Below are positions 9,494 to 21,677 of a DNA stretch of 64,000 nucleotides, in pieces. The notes beneath the pieces are model-generated. The model was not told where the DNA came from, searched no databases, and saw only the letters and a program-made list of their open reading frames with translations. Numbering within the stretch: position 1 is the first letter of the stretch; every line of letters begins with the position of its first letter. The translations under genes and the position numbers were made by a program. This DNA comes from Gemmatimonadales bacterium (GTDB taxonomy: Bacteria; Gemmatimonadota; Gemmatimonadetes; Gemmatimonadales; JACORV01), in NCBI GenBank assembly GCA_035502185.1, contig DATJUT010000101.1:24300-88299 (forward strand), written 5' to 3'.

Positions 9494-10840
9494 ATGCTGC
9501 GCGTGAGCGCGCGCTGGGTGGTGCCGGTGAGCGGCCCGCCCGTCGCGGACGGCGCCGTCCTGGTCGGCGCCGACGGCCGGATCGCGGCGGTGGGTCCGGA
9601 CGCGGCGGTGCCGCGGCCGGACGGCGCGGCGCACCTGGCCCTCGGCGACGCGGCCCTCCTCCCCGGACTGGTGAACGCCCACAGCCACCTCGAGCTCACC
9701 GCGCTGCGGGGCCTGGTGCGCGGTCTCCCGTTTCCCGCCTGGCTGCAGACCGTGCGCGCCCTCAAGCGCGCGGTGGACGAGGAAGGTCTCCGCGCCTCGG
9801 CGCGCTGGGGCGTGCTCGAGGGCTTCGCCGCGGGCATCACCACGACGGGCGACACCGGCTCGGGGCGGCAGGTCGCGCCCGCCCTCGCCGAGCTGGGCGG
9901 CCGCGGCGTCGCCTACCACGAGGTGTACGGGCCGGACCCCGCGCAGTGCACGGAGGTGGTGGCGGACCTGGAAGGCGCGCTGGACGGCCTGGCGGCGTGC
10001 GAGTCGGACCGGGTGACCGTGGGCCTCGCCCCGCACGCGCCGTACACGGTCTCCGAGCCGCTGCTCGCTGCGATCGTGGCGGTGGCGACCGCCCGGCGCC
10101 TCAAGACCGCGATGCACGTCGCGGAGTCGGGCGAGGAACGGGCGCTGGTGGAGGAGGGACGCGGGCCGTTCGCCGACGACCTGCGCTCGCGCGGGATCCG
10201 GGTGCAGGCCCGCGGCTGCTCGACGGTGAGCTGGCTCGAGCGCGTCGGCCTGCTGGCCTGCCGGCCGCTGTTGATCCACTGCGTCACGGCGGGCTCGGAC
10301 GACTTCCGGATCGCGCGCCGCTGGGGCGCGACCGCGGTGCACTGCCCGTGGTCCAACGCGGTGCTCGGCCACGGCCGGGCCGACCTGGCGGCGATGCGCG
10401 AGGCGGGTCTCGCCGTCGGCCTCGGCACCGACTCGGTGGCGGCCGGAGGACGGCTCGACCTGTTCGCCGAGGCGCGGTTCGCCGCGCTCGGCGCGGAGCT
10501 GTCGCCGCGGGAGATGTTGCGCCTGGTGACGGCCGACGGCGCGGCCGCGCTGGGGCTGGAGGGCGTGGGCACGCTGGAGCGCGGCGCTTGGGCCGACCTG
10601 GCGGCCGTGGGGCTCGCGGCGCCGGCGTTCGCGGCGGCCCGCGACCCCGAGGAGGCGGTGGCGTGGGGCGCCACCGCGGCCGACGTGGTCTTCGCGGCGG
10701 TCGCGGGCCGGGTGGTCTACGACCACGGCCGCTGGCCCGGTGTGGCGCTCGCGGCGGAGCGCGATGGCTACGCGCGCGCGGCGGCGGCCGCGGCCGTGTC
10801 GCGTCCACCCGTCCCGGGCGGTATGTTGGCCCGGTCCTGA
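9494..10840 (+). CDS. Amidohydrolase family protein (chlorohydrolase/deaminase-like)
   Basis: ATG 9494 gives MLRVSARWVVPV. Metal-binding LVNAHSHLE (HxH). Conserved HCV..., and GTDS near the C-terminus. Confidence 0.75.
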   Translation: MLRVSARWVVPVSGPPVADGAVLVGADGRIAAVGPDAAVPRPDGAAHLALGDAALLPGLVNAHSHLELTALRGLVRGLPFPAWLQTVRALKRAVDEEGLRASARWGVLEGFAAGITTTGDTGSGRQVAPALAELGGRGVAYHEVYGPDPAQCTEVVADLEGALDGLAACESDRVTVGLAPHAPYTVSEPLLAAIVAVATARRLKTAMHVAESGEERALVEEGRGPFADDLRSRGIRVQARGCSTVSWLERVGLLACRPLLIHCVTAGSDDFRIARRWGATAVHCPWSNAVLGHGRADLAAMREAGLAVGLGTDSVAAGGRLDLFAEARFAALGAELSPREMLRLVTADGAAALGLEGVGTLERGAWADLAAVGLAAPAFAAARDPEEAVAWGATAADVVFAAVAGRVVYDHGRWPGVALAAERDGYARAAAAAAVSRPPVPGGMLARS

Positions 10841-10853
10841 CGGCGAGGAGCGG

Positions 10854-11309
10854 ATGAAAGCCCAGCGGCACGCGGTCATCCTGCGCCTGGTGCGCGAGCA
10901 CTCCATCCGGAGCCAGGAGCGGCTGCGTGCACTGCTGACGCATGCCGGGTTCGACGTGACGCAGGCCACGCTCTCCCGCGACATCCACGAGCTGGGGCTG
11001 GTGAAGCAGCAGGATGCCGCCGGCACGCCGTGCTACGCCGCGCCGCCCGACGAGACCGTCCCCGCCCCCACCCTCGCCGGCTTCCTGCCCACGCTGCTGC
11101 TCCGCGCCGACGGGGTCGGCCCCCTGCTGGTGATCCGCACCCCGACCGGGGGCGCGGGCGCGCTGGCCGCGGCGCTCGACCGCGAGGCCTGGCCCGAGGT
11201 GCTCGGCACCCTGGCCGGCGACGACACCGTCCTGATCGTGACCCGCAGCCCCGCGGCCCGGCGCAAGCTGGCGCGGCGGCTCGCCGCCTACACCGCGCCC
11301 AGGCATTGA
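10854..11309 (+). CDS. argR: Arginine repressor
   Basis: ATG 10854. Winged-helix N-terminus IRSQERLRALLTHAGFDVTQATLSRDIHELGLVK. C-terminal oligomerisation domain with GTLAGDDTVLIV. Confidence 0.88.
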   Translation: MKAQRHAVILRLVREHSIRSQERLRALLTHAGFDVTQATLSRDIHELGLVKQQDAAGTPCYAAPPDETVPAPTLAGFLPTLLLRADGVGPLLVIRTPTGGAGALAAALDREAWPEVLGTLAGDDTVLIVTRSPAARRKLARRLAAYTAPRH

Positions 11310-11334
11310 ACCGGCCGCCGCGCGCCTGTATGTT
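11306..11334 (+). promoter_or_regulatory. Sigma-70-like promoter of argG (TTGAAC-N17-TATGTT)
   Basis: Hexamers and 17-nt spacer read directly. The -35 overlaps the argR stop. This is the only AT-rich patch upstream of argG. Confidence 0.45.
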
Positions 11335-11356
11335 TATGCGTCGTTCTGCATAAACA
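11331..11356. promoter_or_regulatory. Candidate ArgR operator: perfect 9-bp inverted repeat TGTTTATGC-N8-GCATAAACA
   Basis: Palindrome read directly. It overlaps the predicted -10/TSS, lies between argR and argG, and is AT-rich in a GC-rich genome. Confidence 0.6.
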
Positions 11357-11383
11357 GCCATTTCCCCAGCGAGGGTCGCGGTC

Positions 11384-12609
<1,226 letters not shown>

Positions 12610-12613
<4 letters not shown>

Positions 12614-13455
12614 GCCCGAGGCCCGTTCGCGCGCTCGTCGTCGGCGCGTCGGGCTTCCTGGGCTCGCGCCTCCTGGCGCTTGCCCCCCGCGACGTGGAGC
12701 TGGCCGGCACCGGTGGACGCCGGCCGGTGCGGCCCGGCAACTGGAAGGAGCTGCACCTCGACCTCGCCGCGCCCTCGGCCGCGCGGGCCCTCGTGGAGCA
12801 GGAACGCCCCTCCACCGTCTTCTTCTGCGCCTACGACAAGAGCAACCCCGCCGTCACCGTGGACGCGGCCGTCGCCACCGCCCGGGCCGCGCTCGCCGGC
12901 GGCGCGCGGTACGTCCTGTTCTCGACCGACATGGTGTTCGACGGCCGGACCGGCGGCTACTCCGAGCAGAGCGTGGCCACGCCGATCGAGTCCTACGGCG
13001 CGATGAAGGCGGAAGCCGAGGCGCTGGTGCGCGCCGAGCATCCGAACGCGCTGGTGATCCGCACGTCGCTGCTCGTCGGCGAGAGCGGGATCATGCTGCG
13101 CCCCGCCTACGAGTGCGAGAGCCTGATGCGGGGCCGCCCCGTGAGCCTGTACCGCGACGAGTGGCGCTGCCCCACGCACGTGGACGACGTCGCCCGCGCC
13201 GCGTGGGAGCTGGCCGCCATGGAGGTGGCCGGCGTCTATCACGTGGCGGGCCCGGAGCGCCTGTCGCGCCTGGAGCTGGGCCGCGTCGTATGCGACCTGT
13301 TTCACTTCGATCCCGCGCTGATCCGCGAGGCCGACCGGCCGCCGTCGCGACCGCGGGACACCTCGCTCGACTGCCGCCGCGCGATGACGCTGCTCGGCTG
13401 GGCCCCACGGTCCCTGTCCGAGCTGGCCCGCGTCCCCGTCGCCGCCCGTGCCTGA
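12610..13455 (+). CDS. NAD(P)-dependent epimerase/reductase, dTDP-4-dehydrorhamnose reductase (RmlD)-like
   Basis: Rossmann motif VVGASGFLGS and catalytic YGAMK (YxxxK). No ATG/GTG/TTG lies between the argG stop and the Rossmann motif. The CTG at 12610 (CTGA overlap with the argG stop) is the nearest candidate, so the start is uncertain. Confidence 0.65.
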
Positions 13456-14830
13456 TTCGTCCCACGTCATGTGGGGCGGTCGCTTCGCGGGAGCGATGGA
13501 TCCGCGGCTCGACCGCCTCAACCGCAGCCTGCCCGTGGACCGCCGGCTGTGGCGCGAGGACCTGGCCACCAACCGGGCGTGGGTGTGCGCGCTCGAGCGC
13601 TGCGGCGTGCTCGGCGCGGCCGACCGGGAGACGCTGCTGGGCGGCCTGGCGAAGGTCGAGGCGGCGCTCGCCGGCGGCGCCGCCGACGCCGCGCCGGACG
13701 AGGACATCCACTCGCTGATCGAGCGGCTGCTCGGCGAGGCCGTGGGCCCCCTGGCGGGGAAGCTGCACACGGGCCGCTCCCGCAACGACCAGATGGCCAC
13801 GGACCTCCGGCTGTGGACGGTGGGCGCCCTCGCGCGCCTGGACGCCGCCCTGGCCGGGCTCGGCCGCGCGCTGATCGGGCAGGCGGAGCGCGGCATCGAC
13901 GTGCTGATGCCGGCCTACACGCATACCCAGCGCGCGCAGCCGGTGCGGCTGGCGCACTGGGCGTTGTCGCACGTGTGGCCGCTGGCGCGCGACCGCGGCC
14001 GCATCCGGGAGGCGGGGCGGCGCACCGCGGTGCTCCCGCTCGGGTCCGGCGCCATCGCGGGGTCCGGCTTCGCCGTGGACCGGCACCGGCTCGCGGCGGA
14101 CCTGGGCTTCGCCGAGGTGAGCGCGAACTCGATGGACGCGGTCGGAGACCGGGACTTCGCGGTGGAGACGGTGTTCGCGGCGACGCTGTCCGGCACGCAC
14201 CTGTCGCGGCTCGCCGAGGACCTGGTGCTGTTCTCGTCGGCCGAATTCGGCTTCGTGCGGCTCGCCGAAGCGTTCACGACCGGCAGCAGCCTGATGCCGC
14301 AGAAGCGGAATCCCGATTCGCTCGAGCTGGTGCGGGGGGCCGCCGGCCAGCTCCTGGGCCGGCTGGTCGGCCTCCTGGCCACGCTGAAGGCGATGCCGAC
14401 CGGCTACCAGAAGGACCTCCAGGAGAACAACGCCGGGCTGTTCGACGCCCTTGACCTGGCGGAGCAGGCGGCCGGGCTGCTGGCCGGGGTGGTCGAGACC
14501 ATGGTGCCGGACGCCGCGCGGATGGCGGCGGCGCTGGAGCCGGCGGTGCTCGCGACGGACCTGGCCGACCTCCTGGTGCAGTCGGGCATGGCGTTCCGCG
14601 AGGCGCACGCGCTGGTGGGCGCCCTGGTGCGCCGGGCCGAGGAGCTCGGCGTTCCGCTCGACCGCGTGGGAGCGGCCGAGGCGGCGCGCCTGGGCCCGGC
14701 GCTGCCGGCAGCGCTCGCCGCGTTGGGCGGGCCGGAAGCGGCGGTGGAGCGGCGCGCGCTTCCCGGAGGCACCGGCCGGAGCGCCGTGGCCGCCCAGCTC
14801 GCCGCCGCCCGGGAGGCTTTTCCCGCCTAG
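13448..14830 (+). CDS. argH: Argininosuccinate lyase
   Basis: MWGGRF N-terminus. Fumarate-lyase signature GSSLMPQKRNP. The start is GTG 13448 or ATG 13469. Confidence 0.95.
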   Translation: MPDSSHVMWGGRFAGAMDPRLDRLNRSLPVDRRLWREDLATNRAWVCALERCGVLGAADRETLLGGLAKVEAALAGGAADAAPDEDIHSLIERLLGEAVGPLAGKLHTGRSRNDQMATDLRLWTVGALARLDAALAGLGRALIGQAERGIDVLMPAYTHTQRAQPVRLAHWALSHVWPLARDRGRIREAGRRTAVLPLGSGAIAGSGFAVDRHRLAADLGFAEVSANSMDAVGDRDFAVETVFAATLSGTHLSRLAEDLVLFSSAEFGFVRLAEAFTTGSSLMPQKRNPDSLELVRGAAGQLLGRLVGLLATLKAMPTGYQKDLQENNAGLFDALDLAEQAAGLLAGVVETMVPDAARMAAALEPAVLATDLADLLVQSGMAFREAHALVGALVRRAEELGVPLDRVGAAEAARLGPALPAALAALGGPEAAVERRALPGGTGRSAVAAQLAAAREAFPA

Positions 14831-14858
14831 CGGCGCCGCCCCGGCGCGGCCCGGGCGC

Positions 14859-14887
14859 TTGCCGCCGGGCCGCCGGCGCGCTAGAAT
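14859..14887 (+). promoter_or_regulatory. Sigma-70-like promoter (TTGCCG-N17-TAGAAT) upstream of the HNH gene
   Basis: Hexamers read directly. Followed by a 7-bp hairpin (14895..14914) and a leader of about 128 nt. Confidence 0.35.
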
Positions 14888-15021
14888 CAAGCACGGGTGC
14901 CGGGTAGGGCACCCTTGGGACGTGGCGAAGACATCCGTAGCACCCACAGACATCCCGTCCCGTTCGCCGTGAGCGAGGCGGGTTTTCTTGTGTCCGTGGG
15001 TGTGCGGCTGAGCCTCGGAGG

Positions 15022-15582
15022 GTGTTCCGGGTGCGATGCCTCGCGTTGAATGCGTCGTTCGAGCCGCTCACCATGGTTCCGGTGCGGCGGGCGTTGAGAC
15101 TCGTCATCGACGGCAAGGCTGAGATCGTCGAGTCCGACGCCGGCCGCCTGGCGCGCTCGGCGCATCTCGCCATTCCGCGGCCGGCGGTGATCCGGCTCGT
15201 CAAGTTCGTCCACGTGCCCCGGCGGTTCCGCCGGCAGGTGACCAACACCTTCCTGTTCGCCCGCGACGGCTATCGCTGCCAGTTCTGCGCGCGGACCACG
15301 GCGCAGCTGCGGCCGCGCGAATGCCTCACCCGCGACCACCTGGTGCCCCTCTCCCGCGGTGGCACCAACGCCTGGGCGAACGTCGTGACGGCCTGCTCGA
15401 GCTGCAACGCCCGCAAGGGCAGCCACCTGCCCGAGGAGCTGGGCATGCACCCGCTCCGGCCGCCGGTCGAACCGCACTTCGTGCATCTCGCGTGGGCGGT
15501 GCGCCGCCTCACGCCGACGCAGGCCAAGTACATCCGCCTCTTCTACGGGGCCGAAGTCCTCGCGGAGCTGGCCGTCCTGTAG
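15022..15582 (+). CDS. HNH endonuclease family protein
   Basis: GGAGGG Shine-Dalgarno sequence before the GTG. CQFC...DHLVPLSRGGTNAWANVVTACSSCNARK (Cys4 plus HNH/N core). Confidence 0.8.
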   Translation: MFRVRCLALNASFEPLTMVPVRRALRLVIDGKAEIVESDAGRLARSAHLAIPRPAVIRLVKFVHVPRRFRRQVTNTFLFARDGYRCQFCARTTAQLRPRECLTRDHLVPLSRGGTNAWANVVTACSSCNARKGSHLPEELGMHPLRPPVEPHFVHLAWAVRRLTPTQAKYIRLFYGAEVLAELAVL

Positions 15583-15619
15583 CCTCGCCGCCTCGCCGCC
15601 GACCGATCCCGAAAACGAA

Positions 15620-15645
15620 GGTGCCCGACTCGGAAGTCGGGCACC
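15620..15645. terminator. Hairpin between convergent genes (11-bp perfect stem, CGGA loop)
   Basis: GGTGCCCGACT cgga AGTCGGGCACC. On the minus strand it is followed by TTCGTTTTC, which fits an intrinsic terminator for the minus-strand gene. Confidence 0.6.
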
Positions 15646-15673
15646 GCACGGCTGGCCGCAGTCAATTGCTGAC

Positions 15674-16468
15674 TTAGCCCTTGCGTGCGGCGCCCGATGC
15701 TTCCGACGGTGGGGTGATGACGGTGCTCGGGCCCTTCTCGGGATGGACCGACAGGGACGGGGCCGGGAATGCGAGCACCGGGCAGGAACATGCAGCGATC
15801 ACGCGCTCGAACGCGTGACCGGACAATTCGGGACCGGCGACGAGCAGCGACGCGTCCGACGGAACGGACTCGTCGGGGCCGAACGCCGCGACGCGCAGCG
15901 GCACGGGGATGAGCGCCCGCGCCAGTGACTCGAGCGCGGCGCTGCTGCGGCCCTTCGAGAGCAGAACCGGCTGCTCGAACAGGCGTCGCGCCGCGGGGTC
16001 GAACGGCCCCGGGAGCACGAGCAGCGGCACGTGCGACTCCTCGAGCAGCAGCCGCAGGGTCGAGCCGATGGTGCGCTCGTTCGAGGCCAGGGAGCAGCGC
16101 ACGCCGACGACCAGCACCTGGCAGGTCCGGAGCTCGGCGAGCGACGTGAGCCAGCGCACCCGGTCGCCGCGCTTGAGGGCGATGTCCGCTTCCACCTCGC
16201 GCGCCGACAGCTGAACCGCGAGGCGGTCGAGCCTCGGACGGAGAGCGTCCAGCTCCTTCACGCAGTCCTCGCCGACCGCTTCGATGGCGTGGAACAGCGT
16301 GGCCCGGCGCACGCCGGCGCTCACCAGGTCGGGCAGCCATCCGGCCACGCGATCCGCGAAGGGCGCGGCGTCCACGGCGATCAGCAGCGACTCGATCACG
16401 CCTCCCAGCGTTGCGCATCGCGTACCACGGGAGCCAATCGCCGCCGGATTCGTAACTCGTTGACGCAC
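15674..16468 (-). CDS. Tandem universal stress protein (USP)-like protein
   Basis: Two repeats ending in the USP-like segments GSTLRLLLEESHVPLLVLP and ERVIAACSCPVLAFP. Alternative GTG start at 16399. Confidence 0.55.
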   Translation of the reverse strand: MRQRVTNPAAIGSRGTRCATLGGVIESLLIAVDAAPFADRVAGWLPDLVSAGVRRATLFHAIEAVGEDCVKELDALRPRLDRLAVQLSAREVEADIALKRGDRVRWLTSLAELRTCQVLVVGVRCSLASNERTIGSTLRLLLEESHVPLLVLPGPFDPAARRLFEQPVLLSKGRSSAALESLARALIPVPLRVAAFGPDESVPSDASLLVAGPELSGHAFERVIAACSCPVLAFPAPSLSVHPEKGPSTVITPPSEASGAARKG

Positions 16469-16481
16469 AGGTCGTTACGAC

Positions 16482-16511
16482 GAGGCCCCGGCGATCCTCC
16501 GCCGGGGCCTC
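16482..16511 (-). terminator. GC-rich hairpin (12-bp perfect stem) between the response regulator and the USP gene
   Basis: GAGGCCCCGGCG atcctc CGCCGGGGCCTC read directly. No U-tract follows, so terminator function is uncertain. Confidence 0.35.
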
Positions 16512-16558
16512 GGAAACCCATGAGACAACTTTACCGCGCCGGACGGGCGCAGGCGTAT

Positions 16559-17999
<1,441 letters not shown>

Positions 18000-18007
<8 letters not shown>

Positions 18008-19082
18008 GCGTCACCGCTGCGGGAATCCGGATGGTGAAGGTCGCCCCTTGGCCGACCTGGGAGGCGACGTCGATCGTCCCCCGGTGCGCCTTGACGATCT
18101 GCGCCGCCAGCGCGAGGCCGAGGCCCGTGCCGCCGGAGCGCGAGAAGAAGGGCGTGAAGATGTGCGGCAGGTCCGCCTCGGCGATGCCGGGGCCGTTGTC
18201 GGCGACGAGGATCTCGACGGTGTCGCCGCCGTCCGCGAGGGTCGAGACCCGGAGCGTGCCCCCCGACTCGGCCATGGCCCGCTGCGCGTTGAGGAACAGG
18301 TTGATCAGCACCTGCTGGAGCTGGGCCTCGTCCGCGTGGATCGCGCGGAGGTCCTTCGCCAGGTCCAGCTCCAGCCGGATGCGGTGCCGGCCGAGCTGCG
18401 GCTGCACCAGGCTGGTGGCCTGCTCCACCACCTCGTTGACGCTCGTCGGCATGAACACCAGGCCCGCGGGCTTGGCGAGGTTCACCAGCCGGCGCGCCAG
18501 CTTGGCGATGCGGTCGGTCTGCGACAGCAGCACCTGCATCTCCTCGCCGCCGCCGCAGAAGTTGCAGCGGGACTGGAGCATGTGGTCCACCGCGACCGAG
18601 ATGGCCGTCAGCGGCGCCCCGATCTCGTGCGCGACGCCCGCGGCGACCTGGCCCGCCGTCGCCAGCCGCTCCGCCGTCAGCAGCTGCCGCTCGATGCGCT
18701 TGCGATCGGAGATGTCGCGCAGAATCGCCGAATAGCCGATCAGGTTGCCGGAATCGTCGTGGACGGCCGTGCGGGTGATGCTCACCTCGATGATGCGGCC
18801 GTCCTTCGTCTTGCGCCGGGTCTCGTAGTCGCGGATCGATCCGTGGGCGATCGTGGTCCGGCGCATCCAGTCGATTTCCCCGCGCGCCAGCTCCTCCTCC
18901 GGCAGCAGCACCGCGAACGGCTGGCCCGCCAGCTCCTGGGCCGTCCAGCCGAACATCCTCTCCGCCCCCCGGTTGGCCGAGAGGATGAGGTCGTCCGGGC
19001 TGACACAGACGATGGCATCCGCGGCCATGTCCACGATGGCGGCGATGAGAGCGGGATCCGGCTGGGTCGCGGTGTGAGTCAT
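18000..19082 (-). CDS. PAS-domain sensor histidine kinase
   Basis: ATG 19082 (MTHTATQ). PAS domain (FGWTAQELAGQPF), H-box AHEIGAPL, N/G boxes (NLFLNA, DNGPGI, GTGLGL). 8-nt overlap with the regulator gene. Confidence 0.88.
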
Positions 19083-19289
19083 CCTGTCCCGAAAGCTGGT
19101 CAGTTTGCGGCAGTCTCGCAATAATGGTGTCTCAGAAGCTCCCGTTTGAGACTCGCGCCCGGGGCAGCTGTCGCGCTCAGGACTCAGCCACCAGCGCTCG
19201 GGAATCGTCCTCACTCGGCTGGAGCTGACGAGGCACTTCCGCGTCCAGGGGGCGTCCAGGGGATGGAAGGGAATGGGCGCTTCGCCGAG

Positions 19290-19304
19290 CGGCATGGAAG
19301 GTGC
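19290..19304 (+). promoter_or_regulatory. Candidate sigma-54 (-24/-12) promoter CGGCATGGAAGGTGC
   Basis: GG-N10-GC spacing as in the TGGCACG-N4-TTGC consensus. 138 nt upstream of the cytochrome c ATG. Nearly identical to the boxes at 29926 and 35855. Confidence 0.5.
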
Positions 19305-19441
19305 CCTTCTCGAACGATCGTTCAGGTGCTACTTTGGCTTGGCGTCGTCCCGACGCCATTTCACTGCCTGGCCATGACCACGCCACGCATCGGCGCCGGG
19401 ATGGGCAGGCCGGACGTGAACCGCTGCAGCCGGAGGTGCTC

Positions 19442-19774
19442 ATGGTGGGCAGGATCCTGGTTCTATCCGCGGTAGTGGGGTTGGCGGCCGCCGGGTCGCT
19501 GGCGGCGCAGCAGCCCGCCGACGGCGCGGGGACGTACGCGAAGATGTGCGCATCGTGCCACGGGCCGCAGGGCACGCCGAGCGCCGCGATGGCGCGCGCC
19601 ATGGCGGGGTTGCCGGACTTCGCCGCCGCGGCGATGGCATCGGTGCCTGACAGCACGCTGCGAGGCGTCATCATGAACGGCAAGGGCCGGATGATGGCGG
19701 CGTACAAGAGCCGGCTGACGCCGGAGCAGATCACGGCGGTGCTGGCCTACCTTCGCACGCTCGCCAAGCACTAG
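19442..19774 (+). CDS. Monohaem class I cytochrome c
   Basis: GGAGGTG Shine-Dalgarno sequence. Signal peptide, single CASCH, distal Met region (MNGKGRMMAAYK). Confidence 0.85.
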   Translation: MVGRILVLSAVVGLAAAGSLAAQQPADGAGTYAKMCASCHGPQGTPSAAMARAMAGLPDFAAAAMASVPDSTLRGVIMNGKGRMMAAYKSRLTPEQITAVLAYLRTLAKH

Positions 19775-19806
19775 CGGCCGCGCCCGCGGCCGGTGGCGGA
19801 GGGACC

Positions 19807-20631
19807 ATGACCGTGGAACGCCTGGCGTTCGCGCTGGCGCTGTGCGTTTCCGCCGGCGTGGGGGTGGGGTTCGCCCAGCAGCCGAGCGGTGCGGGCGGTC
19901 CCACCGATCGCCGTGCGGCGAATCAGTGCGTCGCGTGTCACGGCGGTCTGAGCGACGCCACGGGTGCCGGGCACGGGTTCGCGGCGTGGCGGCAGTCGCC
20001 GCACGCGGCGGCCGGGGTGGGATGCGAGGCGTGCCACGGTGGGGATCCGACGGCGCGCGACCGGCTGGCGGCGCACCGCGGGGTGGTCGTGTCCACCGAC
20101 CCGGAGAGTCGGCTGTACTTCGTGCGCGTCCCCGACACCTGCGGCCGCTGCCACGCCTCCGAGGTCGGCTACTTCCGCACCAGCCTCCACTACGCGCGGC
20201 TCCGTGCCGACGGGCGTGGCCCGAACTGCGTGACCTGCCACGGTGCCATGGCCACCTCGGTGCTCACGCCGGAGCGCCTGCTCGGGACCTGCTCGGCCTG
20301 CCACATGGCGGGCGGCCTGGCGCCGCCGGACAAGGCGCGGGAGGCGGCACAGGTGCTCGCCCTGGCGCGGGTCGAGAACGTCCTGTTCGACGTCGTGGCG
20401 GCGCAGGCGGCGGCGCAGCGCGCGGCGCGGGGGGCGAGCCGGGCGCGCATCATGCTCGATGAAGCGGAGCGCCATCTGACGGCGGCGGCTGAGATCTGGC
20501 ACAGCTTCCGGCTCGACTCGGCCTCGGCGCGGCTTGGCGACGCCCGCGAGAACCTGGTGGCGGCCTGGGTCGCTCTCGGCCACGCGGCACCGCTCGAGGC
20601 CCGGCAGGGCCGCGCCGGCGGCGAGCGGTGA
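19807..20631 (+). CDS. Pentahaem cytochrome c
   Basis: Signal peptide. CVACH, CEACH, CGRCH, CVTCH and CSACH. The C-terminal ~100 aa are haem-free and helical. Confidence 0.85.
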   Translation: MTVERLAFALALCVSAGVGVGFAQQPSGAGGPTDRRAANQCVACHGGLSDATGAGHGFAAWRQSPHAAAGVGCEACHGGDPTARDRLAAHRGVVVSTDPESRLYFVRVPDTCGRCHASEVGYFRTSLHYARLRADGRGPNCVTCHGAMATSVLTPERLLGTCSACHMAGGLAPPDKAREAAQVLALARVENVLFDVVAAQAAAQRAARGASRARIMLDEAERHLTAAAEIWHSFRLDSASARLGDARENLVAAWVALGHAAPLEARQGRAGGER

Positions 20632-21629
20632 AGGAGCCGGACCGGGTTCCCAGGCTGGCACTGGCCGGCGGTCTGACGCTGGCCGTGTTGCTGGCCTTCA
20701 CGCTGCACCTGCCGCAGCGGCTGCTGTCGGTCGCGGGGCGTGGCGCGGCGCACCGCCTCGACGGCCGGGCCGCCCCCGGGGAGTACCGATTCCGGTGGTC
20801 CGACGACGCCAGCAAGCTGGTCTTCCAGTGGAGCATCGTCGGCGACCGCCTGATCGGCGCGGTGACGTCCCCCGACACCGGCTGGGTGGCGGTCGGATTC
20901 GGGGGCGAAGGGCCGCTGATGTACGGCGCGGACATCGTGATCGGCTTCGTGGACGCGCACGGCGCGCACCTGGAGGATCACTTCGCGAACACGCCTACGA
21001 GCCACGTCGCGGACGTCACGCTGGGCGGTCGGGACGACATCCTGGGCGGCGCCGGTCTCAAGACCGCTTCGGGAACGACGATCGAGTTCGAGCGGCCGCT
21101 GGCGGCACGCGACAGCACCGACCGCCCGATCGTCGCGGGCCAGATGAAGGTCATCGTGGCCTCCTCCGAGTCGCCGGACCCGATGGCGTATCACGTCGAG
21201 GGCCACAAGGCGGTCGCGCTGCTCGACCTGTTCAACGGGCCGCCCGCGGTTGCGGGGGCCGGCGCGCCGCTGCCGGACCACCTCACCGACGTCCAGATCA
21301 CGCTCGCGGCGTGGATGGCGATCCTGCTCATCATCGGGCTGCACGGGGTGGCGTCGACGTATGCGGAGGGACGGGCCCATCCGTCCGGTGGCGGGGCGGA
21401 CGAGCGGACGGCGGTGGCGGTCACGCTGATGGTGGTGCTGTTGCTGGTGGAGCTGGCGGCCCTTGGGTCCTTCGCCGTGGGCGTCGTGGTGGCGTGGCCG
21501 GTGTGGTTCCTCGGCGCGTCACTGGCGGTCGGCATGCTCGCCCTGGCCGGGATCGTGGTGCTGTACAGCCGGGCGTTCGTGCACTGGGAGACGAGGCGCG
21601 CGGAGCGCGACGACGGGATCCCGTGGTGA
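20628..21629 (+). CDS. Membrane protein with DOMON-like domain and C-terminal TM helices
   Basis: GTG overlaps the upstream stop (GTGA). DOMON-like pattern FQWSI...GWVAVGFGG...GADIVIGFV...TIEFERPL. 3-4 hydrophobic helices at the C-terminus. Confidence 0.6.
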   Translation: MKEPDRVPRLALAGGLTLAVLLAFTLHLPQRLLSVAGRGAAHRLDGRAAPGEYRFRWSDDASKLVFQWSIVGDRLIGAVTSPDTGWVAVGFGGEGPLMYGADIVIGFVDAHGAHLEDHFANTPTSHVADVTLGGRDDILGGAGLKTASGTTIEFERPLAARDSTDRPIVAGQMKVIVASSESPDPMAYHVEGHKAVALLDLFNGPPAVAGAGAPLPDHLTDVQITLAAWMAILLIIGLHGVASTYAEGRAHPSGGGADERTAVAVTLMVVLLLVELAALGSFAVGVVVAWPVWFLGASLAVGMLALAGIVVLYSRAFVHWETRRAERDDGIPW

Positions 21630-21677
21630 GGGCGCGCCGGCGCGGGGCAGCGTCGCCGGGCGCGGAGGGGGAGGCGC

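Noticed and set aside
6991-9855. 954-aa minus-strand ORF
   Set aside because: It is antisense to the PBP1A gene, which has clear GT51 and SxxK/KSG motifs. The translation is Arg/Gly/Pro/Ala-rich with no motifs, which is the typical high-GC shadow ORF.
14895-14914. Hairpin GGGTGCC-gggtag-GGCACCC as the argH intrinsic terminator
   Set aside because: It has a 7-bp stem followed only by TT, and it lies downstream of a promoter-like box for the HNH gene. It is more likely part of that leader, so it is not called as a terminator.
15022-15582. HNH endonuclease as the marker of a mobile element, prophage or restriction system
   Set aside because: I saw no adjacent methylase, integrase, transposase, terminase, tRNA or flanking repeats. 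The gene has host-like codon bias and its own promoter-like box.
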